Shown: positions 45,998 through 53,264 of the stretch, in pieces
How the letters are laid out: each line of letters begins with the position of its first letter
Position numbering within the stretch: position 1 is the stretch's first letter
From: an uncultured Ruminococcus sp.
Lineage (GTDB): Bacteria > Bacillota > Clostridia > Oscillospirales > CAG-272
DNA: 64,000 nt
Reading direction: 5' to 3'
Assembly (NCBI GenBank): GCA_964457685.1
Contig: CAYWFS010000001.1
Span: 12,878-76,877 of the forward strand
Made by a program: the position numbers and the translations under genes
The notes under the pieces: model-generated
What the model was told of the DNA's origin: nothing
Database searches by the model: none
The model's input: only the letters and a program-made list of their open reading frames with translations

Positions 45998-48346
45998 ATG
46001 ACAGAATTTTTAATTCTGCTTTTGATGCAGGTCACGGTGTTTTCGTCTGTGACTGCTATTGTAATTATCGCCGTTAAGCAAATTTTTAAATGCAGAATAC
46101 CACCCGGCATTGGAATGGTCATGTGGGTGGTTCTTTTGCTACGCTTAATATGCCCCACGTTCCCCGAAAGCAGAATATCGGTATATAATCTTATTCCTGC
46201 GGGACGTGAGATAATGTACACGCTTACAAACGATATTGAGGACGATATAAGTGCGAGAGAATCGGAAATAAAGGAAAAGGATAACCCTTACGTCATTATT
46301 ACCGATACAGAGTCGGAAAGCAACGAAACCGAAATAGCGGAGAATTATTCTTCCCCCGTAACTCTCGGTGAGTATTTCGTGAACGATATAGGTGATGAAG
46401 CGGAACTTAAAGCATATAATATCGACAAGGCACTTCTCGTTGCGTATGCTGTCGGAGTTGCAGTCTGCTTTGTCGTGAATTCGTATATATACATCCGTGT
46501 GAAGCACCGCATTTTGAAAAGCTCGGAGCTGTGCATAGACGAAGACATGACGGGACTGTATTTCAAAACAGCGGAAAAACTCGGACTGCGTGGTAAACGA
46601 ATACCGACACTGAGATACGGAAAAGCCGCTATGCTTGTCGGGATATTCTCACCCTCTGTGATAATACCGGAGGACTGCGACAGGAAAGAGGCCTCGTTTG
46701 TGTTCGCACATGAGCTTAGTCATTTCAGATACAATGATAATGCGATAATAGAGTTTTCCACGTTTGTTTCATGCCTTTTCTGGTACAATCCGCTGATTTG
46801 GATAGTGCGAAAAATGCTTAGAGATGATGTGGAAGTGCTGTGCGATTCGAGAACTATAGAATGCTTTTCGTTTTCTTCATCGGAATACGCACGTATGATA
46901 TGCCGTCACTCAATGTATGCTCCCGAATATGTGGCAGGCTGTAATATGTCTGCGGTCGGAAGAAGCCTCAAAACACGTCTCCGCAGTATATCGCATGAAA
47001 AAAACGACAAATTTCTCTCTAAGGCTACGTCCGTGCTGCTTTGTGCGGTGATGATAGCAATATGCCTTACAAATCCTATAATATCACAAAGCAGTGAGTA
47101 CGAGCAGTATATCAAAAACTACTCGGCAGTGACGGGAATAAACAAAAGGTATTTGCAATATTCAAGCAAGGTCAGCGTTTCCGATTACCTGAGAACTGTG
47201 TCGGAGCTTCTCGAAAACAAGATATCCGCCGAACTCAGAAGCAAGATAGGTAACGGTAGCCTTGAAAGATTCAAGAGAATTGTTCTCGGATGTGAATATA
47301 TAGAAAACGATATAAAAGGTTTTGTGAAAGAGCTTAAAAGTGATGACATTCTGAGTGTAAAAAGCTGTGCCGTCATTGACGAATGTATAGTTACTATACT
47401 CAGTGACGGAACTCGGTCGGATAAAGAGCTTTCACTTCTTCCGAAATACATTTCAACCGATGCTATGAACGAGCTTGCTGAGGTTCTGTCAGAGGATGAG
47501 ATGGAAGACATCATGATGTGGTACAACAAGGGTGTGGAGGGAGCCGATGTGTCGTTTGAGCGGTATTATACCCCCGCAATGATGGAGCTGATACTCGACA
47601 GAATAAACGACGACTGGTCAAAACGAAAATTTCATGATTTCTATACCGAAATTGAAGTCTCGGGACTTGAAAAAGTCGAATACAGTGAGGAAATACTGAA
47701 TATCGGCAAATTCGTGAAAAACGAAAGCTCATTCTATATTATAGACCCGGAGATTACTCCTTTTGAGGAAACCACACTCAGACACATTCTCTCAGCGGCT
47801 CAGGCAGGGCAGAGAAGCGATGTTTATTACCGCAAGGATGTGGAAGACGGTTGTAAAGCTGAGACGGCTGAAAGGCTTTTTGAAAGCAGAGGATACAGCG
47901 TGTCCGGTATGCTTGAGGGATATGCGGAAATCGGCGAAACAGCTTACGAATATCTGACGGCTTCGGATTGTTTTATATTAAGCTATGCTGATATGCAAAA
48001 GCTTGAAAACAGACTTGAAGGAAGCGGATATTCTCTTGTCGATTGCTATGACCGGCTGTCCGATGATGACGGAACACCGACAGGGTATTGCATTCTTCGA
48101 AGTGAGGAAGAAATCGCAGACGCTATCGGGTATTTGAATCTTATGACATATACCACGGTGAACGATGACATTCCCGTTATTCTTGATATATCCGAGAAAT
48201 ATCTCCGCAGTGCAATAGAGGATGTATACCGTCTCGGACTTATTGAAGCGGAGGACGGAGTGATAGAGTCGCGTGAAAATATAAGTCTTGCACAAAGCAT
48301 TGCATATGCTTACAGAATAGTTACATATGCCGTGAATCTCCACTGA
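45998..48346 (+). CDS. BlaR1/M56-family membrane metalloprotease sensor with a C-terminal domain of about 440 aa and unknown type
   Basis: 782 aa with N-terminal TM helices and the HExxH motif FAHELSHF. I could not recognise an SxxK penicillin-binding motif in the C-terminal domain. Confidence 0.75.
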   Translation: MTEFLILLLMQVTVFSSVTAIVIIAVKQIFKCRIPPGIGMVMWVVLLLRLICPTFPESRISVYNLIPAGREIMYTLTNDIEDDISARESEIKEKDNPYVIITDTESESNETEIAENYSSPVTLGEYFVNDIGDEAELKAYNIDKALLVAYAVGVAVCFVVNSYIYIRVKHRILKSSELCIDEDMTGLYFKTAEKLGLRGKRIPTLRYGKAAMLVGIFSPSVIIPEDCDRKEASFVFAHELSHFRYNDNAIIEFSTFVSCLFWYNPLIWIVRKMLRDDVEVLCDSRTIECFSFSSSEYARMICRHSMYAPEYVAGCNMSAVGRSLKTRLRSISHEKNDKFLSKATSVLLCAVMIAICLTNPIISQSSEYEQYIKNYSAVTGINKRYLQYSSKVSVSDYLRTVSELLENKISAELRSKIGNGSLERFKRIVLGCEYIENDIKGFVKELKSDDILSVKSCAVIDECIVTILSDGTRSDKELSLLPKYISTDAMNELAEVLSEDEMEDIMMWYNKGVEGADVSFERYYTPAMMELILDRINDDWSKRKFHDFYTEIEVSGLEKVEYSEEILNIGKFVKNESSFYIIDPEITPFEETTLRHILSAAQAGQRSDVYYRKDVEDGCKAETAERLFESRGYSVSGMLEGYAEIGETAYEYLTASDCFILSYADMQKLENRLEGSGYSLVDCYDRLSDDDGTPTGYCILRSEEEIADAIGYLNLMTYTTVNDDIPVILDISEKYLRSAIEDVYRLGLIEAEDGVIESRENISLAQSIAYAYRIVTYAVNLH

Positions 48347-48353
48347 ATAAAAA

Positions 48354-48418
48354 TAAAAACGTCTTTTGATTTTTCGATGTGACCTTTTGGTGTACATCTA
48401 TCAGAAGACGTTTTTTTA
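48354..48418. terminator. Bidirectional terminator between the blaR1-like gene and lysR
   Basis: ACGTCTTTTGAT (48359-48370) pairs with ATCAGAAGACGT (48400-48411) with one mismatch, flanked by A- and T-runs. Confidence 0.75.
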
Positions 48419-48433
48419 GTTGATTTTTGTTTT

Positions 48434-49342
48434 TTATTGGATGGTTTCTCTGAGAAGTCGCATGAATCTGCGAGCGTCGTCACTGAGTCCGAGGTCAACT
48501 CTGTTTATAACAACAACGGAATAAATATCGGACGAGTTCATCTTGAGCGATACTACACTTCCGTTTGTGTTAAGATCGGAGGACATGATTCCGGTGCCGA
48601 TAGTGTAGCTGTCTGTGCTGATGAGCAGGTTCATAAGAGTAGCTCTGTCGTTGATTCTTATGAGACGGCTTGCACGGTTGTTTTCAACAAGCTCCTCGGT
48701 AAATTCGATGGGACCTGTCTCTCCCTGGTCGTAAGTGATGTAGGGATAGTCACTGAGATCGTCAAAGGTAATAAGCTGAGACTTTGCGGTAAGAGGATGA
48801 TTCTTGCCGACGAATACATACGGAGTCGTTTCGAGAAGCTCATGGTATTCAAGACCGCTTCTGCGGAGATAACGCTCCATATAGACTCCCCTTGCTGCCT
48901 TGGAATAAGCGAGGACTCCGATGTCGGAACGCATATTCACAACATCGCTTATAACCTCTGCTGTTTTTGCTTCCTTTATGGAGAGGTTGTATTCTTCACC
49001 AAACTCGGACATGAATTTGACAAAAGCGGCAGTAACAAAGTCGTAATGCTGTGATGATACGGAGAAGTTGCGGACGTTTCTTACGTTCTCGTTGTCGTAG
49101 CGTTCAAGGATTATCTCGTACTGTGCAATGAGCTGACGGGCATAGCGAATGAATTCCGCACCGTCACGTGTAATCTTAACGCCCTTGTTAGAGCGGTCGA
49201 AAATGTGAACGCTGAATTCTTCTTCAAGCTCCTTGAGTGCAGAGGAAAGACTTGCCTGAGATACGCCGAGAACCTTTGCAGCTTCGTTCATAGAGCCGCA
49301 GCGTGCGATAGCGAGAGTGTATTTACATTGCTGTAGAGTCAT
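48434..49342 (-). CDS. LysR-family transcriptional regulator
   Basis: 302 aa with N-terminal HTH MTLQQCKYTLAIARCGSMNEAAKVLGVSQASLSSALKELE. Confidence 0.85.
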   Translation of the reverse strand: MTLQQCKYTLAIARCGSMNEAAKVLGVSQASLSSALKELEEEFSVHIFDRSNKGVKITRDGAEFIRYARQLIAQYEIILERYDNENVRNVRNFSVSSQHYDFVTAAFVKFMSEFGEEYNLSIKEAKTAEVISDVVNMRSDIGVLAYSKAARGVYMERYLRRSGLEYHELLETTPYVFVGKNHPLTAKSQLITFDDLSDYPYITYDQGETGPIEFTEELVENNRASRLIRINDRATLMNLLISTDSYTIGTGIMSSDLNTNGSVVSLKMNSSDIYSVVVINRVDLGLSDDARRFMRLLRETIQ

Positions 49343-49383
49343 TGTGTACCCCCATTGTTTGAATGTTGATTTGCCTCAAATAT

Positions 49384-49412
49384 ATAATACCATAAAAATC
49401 GCGTTTTGTAAA
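49384..49412 (-). promoter_or_regulatory. Candidate promoter of the lysR gene
   Basis: Read on the minus strand: TTTACA (49412-49407), a 17-nt spacer, then TATTAT (49389-49384), with TGG just upstream of the -10. Confidence 0.5.
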
Positions 49413-49472
49413 CAAAAAACTTTCGCTCAGTTATAGAGAAAACTTAGGCATTGTTGACAAATTATAAAACAA

Positions 49473-49519
49473 GAACCGAATCTCCGAGGATTTTCGGCAT
49501 AATTCGGCTCTCTTTTTTT
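49473..49519. terminator. Hairpin terminator separating the repeat array / GH43 operon from lysR
   Basis: GAACCGAAT (49473-49481) pairs with ATTCGGCTC (49502-49510) with one mismatch. A T-run follows on the plus strand; TTGTTTTAT follows on the minus strand. Confidence 0.55.
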
Positions 49520-49576
49520 GTCAAATTTTGCGTTCTTCACCCGATTTTGCTCGGATGAGAAAAAATATCATAAGTT

Positions 49577-49991
49577 GGACGGTTGTCTTGATTATTCAGC
49601 TGAATTATATTCCCACATCCGGGTTAGTTTAAACATAGGAGAATTTGTCCGAAAGGATAAATTCTCGAGAGTGGGATGGTTGACTGAATTATTCAGCTGA
49701 ATTATATTCCCACATCCGGGTTAGGTAATCCATAGGAGAATTTGTCCGAAAGGATAAATTCTCAGGAGTGGGACGGTTGTCTTGATTATTCAGCTGAATT
49801 ATATTCCCACATCCGGGTTAGTTTAAACATAGGAGAATTTGTCCGAAAGGATAAATTCTCGAGAGTGGGATGGTTGACTGAATTATTCAGCTGAATTATA
49901 TTCCCACATCCGGGTTAGGTAATCCATAGGAGAATTTGTCCGAAAGGATAAATTCTCAGGAGTGGGACGGTTGTCTTGATTATTCAGCTGA
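49577..49991. repeat. Tandem array of four full 97-bp units (A-B-A-B; the 194-bp A+B block is duplicated perfectly; A and B differ at 10 of 97 positions) plus a partial fifth unit that forms the 3' end of the GH43 gene
   Basis: Units occupy 49577-49673 (A), 49674-49770 (B), 49771-49867 (A) and 49868-49964 (B). Positions 49965-49991 are identical to the first 27 nt of unit A. Compared by eye, base by base. Confidence 0.95.
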
Positions 49992-50894
49992 GGAGTATTC
50001 CCACTCGGATGTCATCTTTACGGGAATGATATTTCCGTTTTCATCGAGATCCATTTTCTCAATGCAAAGGAAGCGGGCGTTTCCGTCGTTTATTTCGGGA
50101 GAGTGACGGTGATATACCATAAGATACCTGTCATCCTCGGGAATGTGGAGGAAACCGTTGTGTCCGGGTCCGTTTGCAACAGTGCTGTCTCCCGTTTCGA
50201 GAATTGTAGATGCTGTCTTGAACGGTCCCCACGGCTTGTCTGCAATGCAGGTGTTAACTCTGTAGGTTCCGTTAGTCCAGCAACCCGAGGACCACATGAA
50301 ATAGTACTTGCCGTCACGCTTCATCATGCACGGACCTTCAACATAGTCGGGAGGGGTTATTTCCTTAAAGGTTTCACCATCTTCAAACGGAACAAATCCT
50401 GTCATTTCATCGTTCATTTTGCAGATGTTGCAGTGACCCCAGCCGCCGTAGTAAAGATACATCTGACCGTCGTCATCCTTGAAAAGATGTGCGTCTATCG
50501 GCTGTGCTCCGTTGTGGAATTCTCCTACAAGAGGCTTGTCGAGAAGTGCCTTGAACGGACCTGTGGGACTGTCGGAAACAGCTATTTCAAGTCCGCCTAC
50601 CTCGCTGAGATGAGGAATATCGTTTGAAGCGAAGACGTAATAATACTTTCCGTCCTTTTCTTCAATAGTCGGAGCCCAAATAGCTGCCTTTGCCCACGGA
50701 AAACCGTCCATGTCGATTATGTTTTCAACAAGCTCCCAGTTTTCGAGGTCTGAAGAAACAAAGCAGGAGTGGTTGTGCTGCTCCTTAAACGGCTTTGAGT
50801 GAGTTACATAAATGTAGTACTTGCCGTTGTAATAGCGTGCTTCCGGGTCGGCATACCAACCGTCGCTTATAGGATTTGTAACATGAAATTTCAT
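49980..50894 (-). CDS. Glycoside hydrolase family 43 (beta-xylosidase / alpha-L-arabinofuranosidase-like)
   Basis: 304 aa with a five-bladed-propeller GH43 pattern (GWYADPEARYYNGKYYIY, WAPTIEEKDGKYYY, EGPCMMKRDGKYYFMWS). Confidence 0.85.
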   Translation of the reverse strand: MKFHVTNPISDGWYADPEARYYNGKYYIYVTHSKPFKEQHNHSCFVSSDLENWELVENIIDMDGFPWAKAAIWAPTIEEKDGKYYYVFASNDIPHLSEVGGLEIAVSDSPTGPFKALLDKPLVGEFHNGAQPIDAHLFKDDDGQMYLYYGGWGHCNICKMNDEMTGFVPFEDGETFKEITPPDYVEGPCMMKRDGKYYFMWSSGCWTNGTYRVNTCIADKPWGPFKTASTILETGDSTVANGPGHNGFLHIPEDDRYLMVYHRHSPEINDGNARFLCIEKMDLDENGNIIPVKMTSEWEYSSAE

Positions 50895-50915
50895 ATCGTT
50901 TTCTCCCTCAAAAGC

Positions 50916-52199
50916 TTATGCCTCAACTCCTGCGTATGCGAGAAGTCTCTTTTCTGCTGCGGGACACCAGAGATCTCCTGCTTCCTTGCAAAGCTTGTCG
51001 AGGTCTGCATAAAGTGAACCAAGCTCGGTACCCTTGTTTTCTTCAGCAGCCTTGCCGAAGTCTTCAATTGCGGTAAGGGGGAGGTCGACGTGAGTGTAAA
51101 TAAGCTTCTTTGCACCCTTGATTTTGGGAAGATTGAGTGTGGTTTCGGCACAAGCGTTAAGACCGCCTACGTGAGTTACCATTCCTGCGGGATTGATAGC
51201 CTTCTTTTCCATAAGTGCGATGGATTCACGCATATCGTCTGTGTTACCGCCGGATGTGCCTACGATGTGTGTGGAAGCGTAGTGTACGTTGTAGAAGTTG
51301 AACATTGCGGAGAATTCTGTGTTTGTAGGACCGGCAAAGAAGTTGAGACAACCGTCACGAGCAAGAAGTGCGTCGCCAAGCTCAACTACAGGCTTAACGG
51401 GAGCATATACGAATACATCGTTGAAGCCTTCGCCGCCTGTGAGAGAACGGAGATATTCTGCCGGATTTTCAATACCGCTTGTGTTGATGAAACGGAGGTC
51501 AACACCGTATTTCTTTGCGTCCTCGGGGGGAAGAAGCTTTTCGGCTCTCTTGAGTCTGTCTTCGTCAAGGTCTGTTACGATGAGAAGCTTAGGAGCACGA
51601 CCGCCGTGAATAGCATAGTCGGCACATCCGAGACCCATAGCACCGGCACCTGCGAGAATTGCCATGTTACCGCCCTCTACAACACCCATGTCGTGGGAAT
51701 ATACACCGGGCTTTGTGTGGTAGTTAGCGTGGTAGCCGCCTACGATACAGCTCATAGGTTCGGAAAGGCTTCCGTAGAAATATGCGTCCTCGTTGTAGGG
51801 AAGGAGGCAGTCCATGAGCATAACTTCTTCGGGGATGATTACATATTCAGCCGCACCGCCGCAGTACTTATAGGAGTAACCGGGGGAAGCGAGAGAACCC
51901 TTGTAGTTGATGGCAGGCTGGATAACGAACTTGTCTCCTGCCTTGAACTTATCTGCCCACTTTGCACCAACCTGAACGATTTTACCGCAGAATTCGTGAC
52001 CGATGATAACGGGATTTTCTTCGATATCGTCGGGAACTCTCTTGTGGTTGGAACCCTGTGAAGCCGCTTTATAGGATGACATACAAATGCTGTCGGAAAT
52101 GATACAAGCAAGTATCTCGCCGTCTGTGATTTCGGGAAGCTCGATTTCTTCAAGACGAAGATCCATAACGCCGTGAAGTCTTACTGCTCTTGTTTTCAT
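50916..52199 (-). CDS. Zinc-dependent medium-chain dehydrogenase/reductase (sorbose-1-phosphate reductase / polyol dehydrogenase-like)
   Basis: 427 aa with the GHEFCGKIV zinc motif and the Rossmann segment ILAGAGAMGLG. Confidence 0.7.
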   Translation of the reverse strand: MKTRAVRLHGVMDLRLEEIELPEITDGEILACIISDSICMSSYKAASQGSNHKRVPDDIEENPVIIGHEFCGKIVQVGAKWADKFKAGDKFVIQPAINYKGSLASPGYSYKYCGGAAEYVIIPEEVMLMDCLLPYNEDAYFYGSLSEPMSCIVGGYHANYHTKPGVYSHDMGVVEGGNMAILAGAGAMGLGCADYAIHGGRAPKLLIVTDLDEDRLKRAEKLLPPEDAKKYGVDLRFINTSGIENPAEYLRSLTGGEGFNDVFVYAPVKPVVELGDALLARDGCLNFFAGPTNTEFSAMFNFYNVHYASTHIVGTSGGNTDDMRESIALMEKKAINPAGMVTHVGGLNACAETTLNLPKIKGAKKLIYTHVDLPLTAIEDFGKAAEENKGTELGSLYADLDKLCKEAGDLWCPAAEKRLLAYAGVEA

Positions 52200-52226
52200 A
52201 TTTAATCTCCTTGTGGATTGATTTTT

Positions 52227-53234
52227 TTACTTTCTTTTGGGCTGAGTGAAGCCTATCTTACGTCTTACCTTTGACATTGTTCTTTCAGCGTCTCTTGCTG
52301 CCTGCTCGGAACCATTTATCATGATGTCCTCGAGGTATGCTTTGTCTGCGGAAAGTCTTGCAAATTCTGCCTGAACGGGTGCAAGAGCGTCCGCACAGGT
52401 TTCACCTACGGCAAGCTTGAAGTCACCGTAACCCTTGCCCTCGAATTCATGCTCTATTTCCTCCATTGTCTTGCCGGAGAATGCACTGTAGATGGACATA
52501 AGGTTGTTGATACCGTCCTTTCCCTCGGCGTATCTTACTTCGCTGTCGGAGTCGGTAACAGCCTTCTTGAACTTGCGAATGATAACGTCCTTGGGGTCGA
52601 GAATACGGACAACCGCATTTTCGTTTTCATCGGATTTCGACATTTTCTTTGTCGGGTCTGCGAGAGACATAATCTTTGCCGTTGTCTTGGGAATATACGG
52701 TTCGGGAATTACGAATGTGTCACCGTATACGGAGTTGAATCTTGCGGCAACGTCTCGTGTGAGTTCGAGGTGCTGCTTCTGGTCAACGCCGACGGGAACC
52801 ATTTCTGTCTGATAGAGAAGAATATCCGCTACCATGAGAGAGGGATAGGTAAAGAGTCCTGCGTTTACGTTGTCTGCATTCTTTGCGGATTTGTCCTTGA
52901 ACTGTGTCATTCTCGAAAGCTCACCGAACATGGTGTAGCAGTCGATTATCCAACCAAGCTCTGCGTGTGCGGAAACGTGGCTCTGTACGAACAGTGTGTT
53001 CTTTTCGGGGTCAAGACCGCAGGCGATATATAAAGCGAGTGTTTCGTAGGTTCTGCGACGAAGATCTGCGGGAACCTGACGAACGGTGATTGCGTGTTCG
53101 TCAACTACACAGTAGTAGCAATGATAGGTGTCGGAAAAGTCGGAGAAATTTTTGATGGCTCCGAGGTAGTTTCCTATGGTGAGAACTCCCGAGGGCTGAA
53201 CTCCCGAGAATATTACTTTTTTGTCCTTGTACAT
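52227..53234 (-). CDS. trpS: Tryptophan--tRNA ligase
   Basis: 335 aa with FSGVQPSGVLTIGNYLGA (HIGH region) and KMSKS. Confidence 0.9.
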   Translation of the reverse strand: MYKDKKVIFSGVQPSGVLTIGNYLGAIKNFSDFSDTYHCYYCVVDEHAITVRQVPADLRRRTYETLALYIACGLDPEKNTLFVQSHVSAHAELGWIIDCYTMFGELSRMTQFKDKSAKNADNVNAGLFTYPSLMVADILLYQTEMVPVGVDQKQHLELTRDVAARFNSVYGDTFVIPEPYIPKTTAKIMSLADPTKKMSKSDENENAVVRILDPKDVIIRKFKKAVTDSDSEVRYAEGKDGINNLMSIYSAFSGKTMEEIEHEFEGKGYGDFKLAVGETCADALAPVQAEFARLSADKAYLEDIMINGSEQAARDAERTMSKVRRKIGFTQPKRK

Positions 53235-53264
53235 TTTAGCCTCTGTATTGTAAAATATTGTTAA

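Noticed and set aside
49518-49700. 60-aa plus-strand ORF, and the possibility that the repeat units encode a repetitive protein.
   Set aside because: The ORF starts in the terminator hairpin, runs into the repeats and is not maintained across units, which contain stops in all plus-strand frames. The minus-strand mini-ORFs (MWEYNSAE) lack ribosome-binding sites.
49577-49964. A CRISPR array, or a conventional terminator stack, as the explanation for the repeats.
   Set aside because: The units are contiguous at 97 bp with no unique spacers, and there are no cas genes in the window, so this is not CRISPR. The conserved hairpin has no U-tract on either strand, so it is not a standard intrinsic terminator.
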